From Octopus sinensis (lineage: Eukaryota), in assembly GCF_006345805.1 (NCBI RefSeq), contig NC_043020.1, positions 16,864,001 to 16,928,000 on the forward strand: a stretch of 64,000 nucleotides of DNA, given 5' to 3'. The position numbers and the translations under genes were made by a program. Shown piece by piece: positions 1 through 12,000 of this stretch. A model generated the notes under the pieces. The model was not told the origin of the DNA, did not search any database, and saw only the letters and a program-made list of their open reading frames with translations. The number at the start of each line of letters is the position of its first letter. Within the stretch, counting starts at the first letter, position 1.

Positions 1-1705
1 AGCAGCATTTGTTCCAGTTTTACATCTTGAGTTCAAATTCTGCCAAGGTTGACTTTATTGTTTACCTTTCATCCTCTTGGAGTCAAGGAAATAAGTACCA
101 TTTCAGCACTTGACAAAGCTGCAATTCTGAGTCATGAAGTTAAGAAAAGACCAAGATTGGTGCCTGGCCTCCTGAAAAATCACTGGGTGCTTACCATTCA
201 GGCAATGTAGTGGTGTGAAAATAGGTTGCAGTGTTAGATCAACCAGTGGTGTCAAGTAAACTATACCTGCTATCTGTGAGTGTGTGTGGTCTACATTAAT
301 TCATCCAGCCTATGTAGAAATTTCATCGATATATGTATTGTATCACCAAAATTTGTGCCTCTGGATTCCCTTGGTACCACAAGTATAACAATACCTAATT
401 TCCTCCAGAGTCTTCCTATCATTGTAATCATCATTAGAGCTTTGCAGGTAAAAGTTGTTCAGTAATGATCTTGAGAAAGGCATGAATACCACTCAGTCCA
501 ATTTGTTCTTTGTGAATAAGCAGTTTCAATCCTATGTTAATCCTATCAGCTGTGGTAGGTGGCAAGCTAGCAGAATCGTTAGCACACCTGGCAAAATGCT
601 TTCTGGCATTTCATCCGTCTTTACATTCTGAGTTCAAATTCCACTGAGGTTAACTTTGCCTTTCATTCTTTTGGGGTCAACGGAATAAGTACTAGTTACA
701 CACTGAAGTCAATGTAATCAACTTACCCCTCTCCGAAAATTGCTGGCCTTGTGCCAAAATTTGAAACCTAAATAAGCTATGATATCATCATAGGATTGCA
801 ATTATTTCTGATTTTCAAAAGATCTCTTTCCATTTGAAACATTGAAAATGTACAGCTTTGTTTTTCATGCACAAAATAGAATTACGTGTATTTATAAGTA
901 AGATTTAATTAATGCTAGGAATGCAGTGATTAACAATGCTGTTAATAAAGAAACAAAATTTTTTAAAGCCTTTTAAAACAAAATGCCATTACTTCCATTT
1001 AGTCCTAATTAGAATGTTAGATTTATAAATTAGAAAACATTTTAATATTTGATTAAAAATCTTTATCTGCCAACCATTACCATATTTAACCAATTATTTT
1101 TGACTTCTTACACCTGATGCCCACATTCATAATAAATATACTCATTCTTTAAAATCCTAGCATCACATTCAACTTTTCATAGAATTCTATTTTATTTTAT
1201 TTTCTAATTCAAACATTATTCAATGCCTCTGTTTCAGTTTAGTTGCATTCACCATTGTTACTAATCTACTAGTGTATAAAAGATGCATGGTTCAAATCCA
1301 ACAGTAAGCCTTTGGCCTGTTTTCCATCCAGGCAGGGTTTTAATCCAATATATTACAACTGTGAAGGCTCATGCCCTAATGGTAAAGGATTTTGCATTCA
1401 CAATCACAAGCTCATAGTTTCATTTCCCAAACTGACAGTGCACTGTGTCTTTTGAGCAAAACACCTCATTTCACATTGCTCTAGTCCACTCAGCTGTAAA
1501 TGAGTAACCCTGCAACAAATTTGTGTTCTGTTCAAGGGAAATGTTGGCCTGCCTGATAGCCCGTGGGTCAGCATCATTCAGAAACTACTACAATGCAAGG
1601 AAGTGCATTGTGACCAGCAGTGTGTAACAGCATTCAATAGTCTGGTCTATACAGTGATATTACAAGCTGTAGTTTATAGCTGTATTCACTTCAAAATGCA
1701 CCATT

Positions 1706-2110
1706 TATCTTTTATCTTTTACTTGTTTCAGTCAGACTGTGGCCATGCTGGGGCACTGCCTTGAAGCATTTTAGTTGAGCTAATCAACCCCAGTACTTGC
1801 TTTTGTTTTTTAAATCCTGGTAGTTATTTTATCAGTCACTTTTGCTGAACCACTAAGTTATAGAGATCTAAACACACCAACACTGGTTGTCAAGCAGTGG
1901 GGGAGGACAAACAAAGACACACACACATAGATACATATATATATATGACAAAATTCTTCCAGTTCCTATCTAGCAAATCCACTCACAAGGCTTTGGTCAG
2001 CTCAAGTCTATAGTAGAAGACACATGCTCAAGGTGCCACACAGTGGCACTGAGCCCAGAACCACATGGTTGGGAAACAAACTTCTTACCACACAGCCACA
2101 TTTGCACCCA
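1706..2110 (-). mobile_element. tRNA-derived SINE, family B (head ggctgtgtggtaag...ggttcagtccc, tail (gagtaaaa)n)
   Basis: Reverse complement of the family seen at 35136 and 50229. Confidence 0.85.
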
Positions 2111-2368
2111 TTAAATAAATTTTTTAATTTCTTGAAGCTTTTTTCATTTCTAAATGTAAACCACTAGAATATTGATTAAAATCTACTGCTGTATTGATTT
2201 AAAGTCCACTAATATATTGATTGAAATCCACTGGTGTATGGAAGTAATACATACTCTAACAATGTATTTGTGTTACAAAATAAAAAAAAGCAATCTTTTC
2301 AAATACAAGTATATATTTGCCTTTTTGGTTTCCTTTTCCTTTTTTATGATATTGATAGCATATTTCAG

Positions 2369-2383
2369 ATGTTTTATCGAATG
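2369..2383 (+). CDS. Candidate 15-nt microexon: (D)VLSN(+1 nt)
   Basis: Long pyrimidine tract, atttcag|ATGTTTTATCGAATG|gtgcgg; phase 1-1, compatible with the 7299 exon. No homology support. Confidence 0.3.
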
Positions 2384-2851
2384 GTGCGGATATCAGTTTA
2401 TCATTCTATATTCTTTTCTGATAGTAATTAATTAGATTGGTTGCCTAATTGTTTTGCTGAAGTCTGCTATAAAAATGTTGACATGAAATTAACCAAATAA
2501 GAATGATTGAAATTGATAAAATACATGTGTGTGAGTGTTTGTGTGTCTACATTCACACATGCATATATGACTTCAGTTTCTCCTCACTCACAATTTACCA
2601 TTTATGATTCTCTAATTTGTTTGGGGTTTTTTTTTCATACCATGCCTGTAGTCTCCGAAATGAGTGTTCTGTTGTTAATCTAATATAATTTGGTCTTATA
2701 ATCCATGTAAGCCATTAAACATGAAATCTGGGATTTTCCTAGAAGGAATCTGAGGAAAATGTCTGTTACTATATGTGTTTTTTTTTGTGGTTTATTATAG
2801 TAAAAAACAGTTTAGCATTTGTGATGAGCAATAAAGTGGTAGTGTCTGTTT

Positions 2852-3086
2852 AAGGCGGCGAGCTGGTAGAATCGTTAGCACGCCGGGCGAAATGCTTAGC
2901 GGTATTTCGTCTGCCGCTACGTTCTGAGTTCAAATTCCGCCGAGGTTGACTTTACCTTTCATCCTTTCGGGGTCGATTAAATAAGTACCAGTTACGTACT
3001 GGGATCGATATAATCGACTTAATCCGTTTGCCTGTCCTTGTTTGTCCTCTCTGTGTTTAGCCCCTTGTGGGTAGTAAAGAAATAGG
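2852..3086 (+). mobile_element. tRNA-derived SINE, family A (aaggcggcgagctgg...gagttcaaattc...aaagaaatagg)
   Basis: A-box-like tggtagaatcgttag and B-box gagttcaaattc. Many further copies, e.g. near 550, 19716, 27700, 27970, 28543 and 61850. Confidence 0.88.
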
Positions 3087-3714
3087 TAGTGTCTGGAAGT
3101 TTAGCAAAATCTTCAAGCAGTCATTTAAGTTAAAAAAACCTGAATTTAAACCATTCTAAGCATGTGACTTATCCCCTCTTTTCTCTTCCAATAAAGGAAT
3201 GTAATTTTTTAAGTTCTTTTGTTGTTTGTTTTTTTATTTACTGTTAAGTTATTCTACTGGATATTATTGTTTGGGTATCAATTACTTTTCATCTTTACTA
3301 CAATTTGCTGTTATATGATAGGACACACATATTTGTATTGTTTGAAGGTTTTTAAAGAATGGAATAATTTTCTGGCTCTGTTATATCTTGAAGGTATAGA
3401 AAATATTCTTACAGAGGAAGTTAGGGTTGTGTTAAACTCCTAACATGCTGGTATGAGATTTTTTTCAGTTAGTAATATTCCTTCTGTTGTCTTCTCAACC
3501 AATTTTTGGATTTTGAAAGTGTGTGGGCTTTTGTCTTGACATTAAAACTACATGCTTCATTTCAAGAGGAAAAAAAAAATTTTTTGTTTTTATCTTTTTT
3601 TATTGTATGTGTTTTTGTTTTAATTTTATTTTTCAATAATTCCATGCCATAGATTTTGGTTATTTTTTATGCCATACATTTGGTATTATATTTCATTTTT
3701 AATAATAATAATGA

Positions 3715-3831
3715 TATATATATATGTACATACATATATATATGTACATACATATATATATATATATATATATACATACATCTATATATATACATACATA
3801 TATATATACATACATCTATATATATATACAT

Positions 3832-3868
<37 letters not shown>

Positions 3869-3958
3869 CATGCATGCATGAATATATAGACATACATATG
3901 TATGTGTATATATGTATCTGCATATAAACACATGCATGTGTGTATGTGTGTGTGTATG

Positions 3959-4000
<42 letters not shown>

Positions 4001-4390
4001 CTCACACAAAATTGCTAAATTCTATCATCTGTTGAAGGCATTGAATAAGTTGGTTCATTTGATTTCCATACTGAATTGATTTCTTGGTTTTCTTTTAAAG
4101 TTTTGTGCTTAATAAATGTAAATACAATCAACTGTTAAGAGTTACAGGAGCAGTTATGGAAGAAGAAAACTTCATCCGTGACCATTCAGTAAAACTGGTT
4201 GCTCCACGACAATATAATCCATGTGTTTACCGGACAAATAATTACATGGACGGACAGTAGACTAGTGAACCAGATAGTTAATAATGTTTTTTTGTCTTAA
4301 AAATCACATAAGAAAAAGTAACTTTGATGTTGTAATTTTCCAAACTATTAACCTTGTCTGTAGAGTGTATTTATGATGTGTGTGTGTGTG

Positions 4391-4450
<60 letters not shown>

Positions 4451-4660
4451 CATATAAGTATATACATACATATATGTATATACATACATATATGTACATA
4501 TATACATATATGTACATACATACATATATGTATATACATACATACATATACATACATATATGTACATACATACATATATGTATATACATACATATATGTA
4601 TATACATACATATATGTATATACATACATATATATATGTACATACATATATATACCCACA
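3715..4660. repeat. Compound (TA)/(CA)/(TATG) microsatellite blocks; similar blocks at 7770, 38490, 39495 and 53635
   Basis: Read directly; the source of the many YIYI/CVCV pseudo-ORFs. Confidence 0.95.
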
Positions 4661-5087
4661 AGCACACACATTTAATGTACTCATAAATGTTGTAAACACA
4701 CACAATATACACTGTAAAGATAAGGTTGATAGCCAGGAGAATTATTTTCTGACTAACAACTCATTTTAGACACTTAATATCTTTAATGTATTTCTTTTGC
4801 TAATAATATAACAGCTAGCACCATTTAGAAAGGTACCATCTTAGAATAATTCTGGACATTAAACTTTTGAAAATGTCCCTATTAAAACAGTTGTTAATGC
4901 AGTAGTTGGCAGTTCTTCTATATTTCTACTTGACTACCTTACTAGTGTCTGGAACTGTTATTATAAGTACCTCCTAGAATATTTTGCAATGATTGAATAT
5001 TAACTGTGTTTTTCATTTGATTTTGTCTGCATGGTTTCAATCTGTGCATACAGCAGTTATATTTATGTACATTAAGAAATATGAAAT

Positions 5088-6728
5088 TATTGGGTCATCA
5101 CATAAATAATGTGGTATTTTTATACTTATATTTTTCAAAATTAAGATAAACAAAGTTCTTTTTTAAATAATAATAATAATAATATTAATTGTGTACAGTG
5201 CTCAGGTGCACTACAACTCATCTAAAGTGTATATATAATCAGGTGTAGTTTCGGCGGGTTTCGGAAAGCATGAGGGCCTTAAAGGATGCAGTGTCATGGC
5301 AGCAGTCAACAACTGACGCAGGCAGTTTATTCCATGCTTCAGCAACTCTGAGCGTGAAAAAATGTTTCCAAAAGTCATGGGAGCTGTGTTGTTTTCTGAC
5401 TTTGTAGGCATGTCCACGTGTGTTAGACACATGGAGATCAAAAAGGTGTTCAGTGTTGTTGTTGGTGAGGTGGTTGATAACTTTGTGGGTGTTAACCAAG
5501 CCAGACGCCGGAGCTTCGTTTTTAACCTAAAATATACCCTCCTTCGTTTTCTACAATGCTCTTCCATCTATCTGGTAGACTTGCAAGGTCCCTCTTCCAA
5601 AATTCACTTGTCTTTGACAAAAAATACTCTTCCAGATCTGTTCCAACCTCGTCTACAGAATTCATATTTTTTCTGTCCAAATGATTCTGAAGCCTGCGGA
5701 ATAAATTTTAATCAGATGGGGCAATGTCCAGTGAATACGGTGGGTGGGGCATTGTTTCCCATTAAAACTGCTCCTTTGGGAATTTCACTCTCACTGTAAG
5801 TGGCTGAGCATTATCCTGATGGAAGAACACTTTTTATCATGAAACCAAAGATGGTTGTTTTTCTTCTAGCACTGACTTAAGCCACTCAAGCTACTCTCAG
5901 TAGATCTCCATTGTTATCATTTGGTTTGGGTTTAAAAGTTCAAAGTGGATTAAACCTTTCATATCCGATGAAACAGATAACAACACTTTACGTGGGTGAA
6001 GACCTTCTTTAGCCTGGGGTGCTGGAGTTTCTCCTTTCCTTACCCACTGTCTTCAATGCTTAACATTTTTATAGAGAACCCATTTCTCATCATCAGTCAC
6101 CATTCAGTCCAAAAAGGTTCATCTATGAGACATGACAGCAAAGAAGAGCACACATTCACTCTGCATGCAATTAGACTCGAAAAATTTGTGAGGAACCCAT
6201 TGACCCAATTTGCTGACTTTTCTGATGGCACACAGGTGTCGTTGAATGGTTGAATGACCAGATCCAAGACTCTCTGCTAGTTCCTCAACAGTTACGATGG
6301 GATTTTGTTCCACCAGGATTTGAAGGATGTCCTTGTGGAGCTCTACAGATCTTCCAGGATGGGGCATATCTTCTAGGCCTTAGTTTCCAGCTCAGAATTT
6401 CTGGAACAACCGTTAACACTGGCTTACACTTATTGTCCAATCCCAATATACTGCATGAATATTCCTCACATTTTCCATTGGAGTGTTGCCTTTATTGAAC
6501 TCATAAAGCAGAATATGCCAAATATGCTCCTTAGTCACTTCTATTATAGCTTTGAAAAGATAACTTAAAATCGAACTGCACTCTTCAAAACTTGCACTAG
6601 GAATAAGTACACAGTAAAATTATTACCTGCTTTTATAGTAAGTTGATGCAAGTAGTTTATCCTGTTCCCCTCCGAGTTTTAGTTCATACAATTGAAAAAA
6701 AACACATTATTCATGAGATGACCCAATA
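5088..6728 (-). mobile_element. Degenerate mariner (Tc1/mariner) transposon with both TIRs
   Basis: TA-TTGGGTCATCACATAAATAATGTG at 5088 and its near-complement ending at 6728. Transposase remnants GRSVEL...GHSTIQRHL...VSKLGQWVPH, EGLHPRKV and LPDRWKSIVENEGGYI, with stops and frameshifts. Confidence 0.88.
5167..5515 (-). mobile_element. CR1-type LINE 3' fragment inserted in the mariner
   Basis: TRGHAYKVRKQHSSHDFWKHFFTLRVAEAWNKLPASVV is a CR1 ORF2 C-terminus; (TTA)n tail. Confidence 0.85.
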
Positions 6729-7298
6729 CTTAATGTATTAATTTATGTACTCTATAGGAAGACACCTGATCTTGTCCTTCTGTCATACTTTAGACTTTCA
6801 GCACCTGGTCTAAATTCCTCTTACTCAGACCCTCACACGCACAGTTATGGGGCTTTTCTCATTCTCTTATTCTTTTCTGTCTTGTGGCTTGCTTGGTAAC
6901 CTCACTAGTGCTGGTGCCATATAAAAAGCATAAGGTGGTGGGCATTAGGAAAGGCATCCAGCCATAGAAAATATACCAAAGCTTACACTGTAGTTCAGCA
7001 CAGCTCTGTCGTTTGCCTGAGCCTGTCACACTATCCAAACCTTATTGGTATGGAAAATGAGGATGAGGGATTACCATGGCAAATGAAAGCTATTAGTGGA
7101 TATACATAATACAACATATAGCTCAGATAGTAGTTGAAAAATTAGCTTTCAGTGTATTCAGTGCAAGAGAGAACCTGTTGTGATTTTATCTCTGATACAC
7201 AGACTTGTGACGAGACTGACACTTAAACTATTTGAATTTGAAATCTTTCTGCATCAAATAACTCCAAATTAATCTCTAAACTGTGTTACATGTTACAG

Positions 7299-7418
7299 AT
7301 AAAAATGATGGATCCTCCTTCTCTCGGTCGAGAAGCTCCAGTATGTCCAGTCTTGAAAATGTTTCCAAAGAAGCAATCCAGTGTCTCAAATTTTCTGATT
7401 CATATACAAGAAAAACAG
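7299..7418 (+). CDS. STXBP5: Tomosyn (syntaxin-binding protein 5 family) internal exon: (D)KNDGSSFSRSRSSSMSSLENVSKEAIQCLKFSDSYTRKT
   Basis: ttacag acceptor and CAG|gttggt donor; 120 nt, phase 1-1. Peptide matches the tomosyn segment SFSRSRSSSVTSIDKESREAI...FTRKT as recalled. Confidence 0.93.
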
Positions 7419-7769
7419 GTTGGTGCTTTTTATATATGTTGCTGCTGTTGTTGTTGTTGTTGTTACTTAGCTTTGTAAGTAAATATTAATGGCTTGACTG
7501 AGAGAGATGTGACTATTTTATATAGCCTGTTCCAGCTAAAGATGACTGACAGTGGGGAAATATCTAGATGGGAGTTTGCCAGCTCTTGGTCTCCACTTGT
7601 TGATTTACACCAGTGTTGTTTCTGGTCATGCTGGAGCAGCGATATATGTAAATTGTCAGAAGTATTTTTGATGAGTGAAATAAGGGTAAATATATACCAA
7701 ATGAAATATGTTGGGCATGTGTTAACACACATTCTCAGACAGAAAGAAGAGAAAAAAGCATGTCTGTAA

Positions 7770-7848
<79 letters not shown>

Positions 7849-7854
7849 TATATA

Positions 7855-8048
7855 TATCATCATCATCATCATCATCGTTTAACGTCCGTTCTCCATGCTA
7901 GCATGGATTGGACGGTTCGACCGGGGATCTGGGAAGCCAGAAGGCTGCACCAGGCTCCAGTCTTATCTGGCAATGTTTCTACAGCTGGATGCCCTTCCTA
8001 ACGCCAACCACTCCGTGAGTGTAGTGGGTGCTTTTTATGTGCCACCCG
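7855..8048 (-). mobile_element. RTE-type 3' tail element (family C) with (ATG)n tail
   Basis: Contains the complement of gttggcgttaggaagggcatccagctgtaga and matches the 3' UTR of the LINE at 59687-61157. Other copies near 6890, 8880, 9520, 31640 and 50790. Confidence 0.8.
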
Positions 8049-8054
8049 ATATAT

Positions 8055-8091
<37 letters not shown>

Positions 8092-9746
8092 TCAAAATAA
8101 GCCACAAGAATGACTCCGGTAATTTAGTACGATCGTTTTGTACTACATCATTTTATTAAATGTTGTAAGTATTACAACAGTTTTAAAATGCTGAGCACTC
8201 ATCAGCCAATATATATATATATCAGAAAAAGAACAAGCAAATAAAGTGAGTATATTAATATTTATTCTATATTATAGCTCCATTTCAGCTGATTTTACAA
8301 GGAGTTTCGCACATGAGTTAGGGAAGAGCATAAGGCAATATTCATCAGAGGACCTAAGGCAATATTCATCAGAGGATCTAATATGAAAAGTATCACAATG
8401 ACTCTCTACTATTAGAGATCAGGAAGTGTCACATCTGGTTTGTGTGTGTGTTGTGAATAAAAACAAAATGAAAACACTCGTGGGAGACTTCTGAGGTGGA
8501 TTTCATTAAAAGTTATGTCCCTTGCACAAAAGTCAGAGTGCCTCCACAGTGTGAAGGGGTTACTGCTTGCAAAGTGGGGCTGCAGCTTGTGTAGGATCGA
8601 TGTGTATGCAGGAGATGGGGGTGTGGGAGGAGGAAATGGTGGGGAGTTCAGGTCTTAAAATCAAATGTGAATATGTATGTGTATTTGTAAAGTTAGGTGT
8701 GGTAAACATTGTGCTGAACTCTCAAACAGTGATGGTGACAAGTACTGATGGTGGAAGCCCTAATGTTTATCAAGGTGCAGTCTACAGATATTCAGAAGGA
8801 CTGGTCTTAACACTTCAGACCCATATGCTGCAGCAGAAGTGTTAAAACCGGTTCTTCTGATGGTGTAAAGCAATCATGGAAGTGCCACATAAAAGTGTCC
8901 ATGCGGTGCCATGTAAAAGCACCTGTGTGGAACCATGTAAAAGTACCTGTGCATAAAAGCACTCATGCAACACCACATAAAGAACCTGTGCAGTGCCATG
9001 TAAAAGTGCCCTTGCAGCGCCGCATAAAAGTGCTCATACCGCACCACATAAGAGCACTCAGCACACTTTGTAAAGTGTTTGGTGTTAGGAAGGGCATCCA
9101 GCTGTAGAAACCATGCTAAATTGGACTGGAGTCTTGTACAGCACCTCAGCTTGTCAGCATGGACAATGGATGTGAAATGATGTTAATGATATTTTCTTTC
9201 ATGTGGGCATGAACAGAAAACTTCCCAGGCACTTATTCTTCACACTCTAAAGGCACTCAAGCTTTTTAAGCACAGGACATAACTCTTGATGAATTCCCCT
9301 TTGAATTTCTCCCACGAGTGTTTTCATTTCATTTTTATTCACTGCACTCACAAGCAAAAAGCTGACCCCTAGTAGCAGAGAGCTATCACCATACTTTGTT
9401 AAGACAACTGAACGGACCCATTATACTGGATGATGATATTGTGTGTAGAGATCTAAAATCAACAGTAGCAGTCACTCATCTAACTGTACACAGAATATTT
9501 ACTATACACGTATGTGTAATGCTAGTGGCATGAAAAATGCACCAAGTACACACTATAAAGTAGTTGGCATTAGGAAGAGCATCCAGCTGAAGGAATCACG
9601 CCAAATCTGATATGGAGCATAATGCAGCTCTGTGGCTTATCAGATTGTCAAACTATCCAAGTCATGCCAGCGTGAAAACCAGATGTTAAATGATGATGAT
9701 GATTTGCATGTGTGTGTATGTATATGCATACAAATATATGTATAGT

Positions 9747-10380
9747 AAGGCAGCGAGCTGGCAGAATTGTTAGCATGCCGGACGAAATGCTTAGCGGTAT
9801 TTCGTCTGCGTTACGTTCTGAGTTCAAATTCCGCCGAGGTTGACTTTGCCTTTCATCCTTTCGGGGTCGATTAAATAAGTACCTATTTCTTTATTACCCA
9901 CAAGGGGCTGAACATAGAGGGGACAAACATGGACAGGCATAGGTATTAAGTCGATTATATCAACCCCAGTGCTTAACTGGTACTTAATTTATCGACCCCG
10001 AAAGGATGAAAGGCAAAGTCGACCTCGGCGGAATTTGAACTCACAACGTAACGGCAGACGAAATACCGCTAAGCATTTCGCCCGACGTGCTAACGATTCT
10101 GCTAGCTCGCCGTCGATTAAATAAGTACCAGTTATGCACTGGGGTCGATATAATCGACTTAATTCGTTTGTCTGTCCTTGTTTGTCCTCTCTGTGTTTAG
10201 CCCCTTGTGGGTAGTAAAGAAATAGGTATTTTGTCTGCCGCTATGTTCTGAGTTCAAATTCCACTGAGGTCAACTTTGCCTTTCATCCAGTTACACACTG
10301 GAGTCGATCTAATCGACTTAATCCCTTTGTCTGTCCTTGTTTGTCCCCTCTATGTTTAGCCCCTTGTGGGCAATAAAGAA
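9747..10380. mobile_element. Family A SINE with an antisense family A SINE nested inside it
   Basis: Inner copy 9884-10111 (-) is flanked by the 18-bp duplication gtcgattaaataagtacc at 9866-9883 and 10112-10129. Confidence 0.9.
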
Positions 10381-10502
10381 TAATATATGTATTTATATTT
10401 GTGTGTATGTATGTGTGTACATACCCATACTCACAATGCCTTATAACAAACTGTAAAATAACTCTTGTATAAGCAGTTTTTTTCTTTGTTTCCAATTGTC
10501 AG

Positions 10503-10622
10503 ATAGTTACACCTGTCCTTGTTTATGGGTCGGCACCAGTTTAGGATCCGTCTTAGTCATTGTACTTAATCTTCCTTCGCAAGAACAAAGAAATTTCCAG
10601 CCTGTCATTGTATCCCCAAGTG
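10503..10622 (+). CDS. STXBP5: Tomosyn exon: (D)SYTCPCLWVGTSLGSVLVIVLNLPSQEQRNFQPVIVSPS
   Basis: tgtcag acceptor and G|gtgagt donor; phase 1-1, in frame with the previous exon. Matches PCLWVGTTLGTVLVIALNLP...QPVIVSPSG. Confidence 0.96.
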
Positions 10623-10767
10623 GTGAGTTTTCTTTTATTAACTATTTCAAGCCTCTGTTTTTAAAACTTCCATGACTGTTTTCTGTGTATAACCAAATAA
10701 CAAAATAACAAGAAATATTGAATTTCTAAATCTCTCATAGAGACATGTACGGTGGTGGGGCGATAGA

Positions 10768-10975
10768 ATGGTTGTATACTGTCAATCTAACAAGAACGTG
10801 ACAGTAGGGGGTACACCACCGCTGTATAGCCCTAGGAAGCATCGAACTCCTCCTGATGGCTTTGACACATTTTTCCCTGTGTCCTTATATACATATACGA
10901 AGGGGAGACAAACACCCCCAGCTGCCGGAACTGCATCTAGGGACACCGTGTTTCAGGATCGTTCAGGCTTAGTAA
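10768..10975 (-). mobile_element. Short Penelope-like terminal-repeat element, related to 59222-59445
   Basis: Shares ggttgtatactgtcaa...agccctaggaagcatcga...tgtccttata with the 59.2 kb copy and keeps GAAACACGGTGTC on the - strand. Confidence 0.5.
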
Positions 10976-11133
10976 AAAATATGACTAGAAATAATTTTTT
11001 AAAATGTGACAAGATTTAGTTAAAAAAATATACATATACATACAGAGATATATAGACATATACACACACATATACATATTGACATTAAAAGACAGCAAAC
11101 TTCAATAAAAGAGTGTTTCTGGGTTTTTTGCAG

Positions 11134-11266
11134 GTACCATATTCAGGCTAAAAGGTGCCATTCTTACCATGTCGTTTTTGGATTGCAATGGTGTTTTAGT
11201 TCCCGATGCCTCCGTTCAATGGGAAGATAAGTCAAAGTTGAAAATAGATCCAAGAGAAGCACAAAG
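11134..11266 (+). CDS. STXBP5: Tomosyn exon: (G)TIFRLKGAILTMSFLDCNGVLVPDASVQWEDKSKLKIDPREST(K)
   Basis: ttttgcag acceptor and AA|gtaagt donor; 133 nt, phase 1-2. Matches GTILRLKGAILRMAFLD. Confidence 0.95.
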
Positions 11267-11389
11267 TAAGTATAACTTGGTACCAATATCTCATAAATAT
11301 TTGTGAGAATTTCTGCAATTTTCAAACTATACCCAAGAAGACCCAACCACTACAACAGAATTGAGATCCTAAAACCAAGGTGCCGCATA

Positions 11390-12000
11390 AAAAGCATTGG
11401 TGTAGGTGCTGGTACCATGTAAAAAGCACTGGTGTTGGTGCCACATAAAATGTGCTGGTGCTGGTGCAATGTAAAAAGTGCTGGTGCCACATGAAAAGCA
11501 CTGGTGCTGGTGTCACATAAAAAGCTCTGGTGGTGGTGTTGCTAAGTAAAAAGCCCTGGTGTTGGTGCCACATGAAAAGCACTGGTGTTGGTTCCACATG
11601 AAAAGCACTGGTGTTGGTTCCACATGAAAAGCACTGGTGTTGGTTCCACATGAAAAGCACTGGTGTTGGTTCCACATGAAAAGCACTGGTGTTGGTTCCA
11701 CATGAAAAGCCCTGGTGTTGGTTCCACATGAAAAGCCCTGGTGTTGGTTCCACATGAAAAGCACTGGTGTTGGTTCCACATGAAAAGCACTGGTGTTGGT
11801 GCCACATGAAAAGCACTGGTGTTGGTGCCACATGAAAAGCACTGGTGTTGGTGCCACATGAAAAGCACTGGTGTTGGTGCCACATGAAAAGCACTGGTGT
11901 TGGTGCCACATGAAAAGCACTGATACTGGTGTCACATAAAAAGCACTGGTTCTGGTGCTAAGTAAAAAGCCACATAAAAAGTGCTGGTGATGGTGCCAGG
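11390..12000 (+). repeat. 26-bp minisatellite (ggtgttggttccacatgaaaagcact)n, about 20 units, inside a family C element
   Basis: Unit read directly; the 26-aa periodicity of the overlapping ORFs reflects the 26-nt unit. The host tail runs to the (ATG)n at about 12165. Confidence 0.92.

Noticed and set aside
3656-4769. Many 60-130 aa ORFs rich in YI/CV/HT (also at 38.4-41 kb, 43 kb and 53.6 kb)
   Set aside because: Translations of (TA)/(CA)/(TATG) microsatellites, which lack stop codons in several frames.
8195-8210. CTGATGA on the - strand as a hammerhead (also 46545-46555)
   Set aside because: No GAAA after a stem II and no stem I or III partners.
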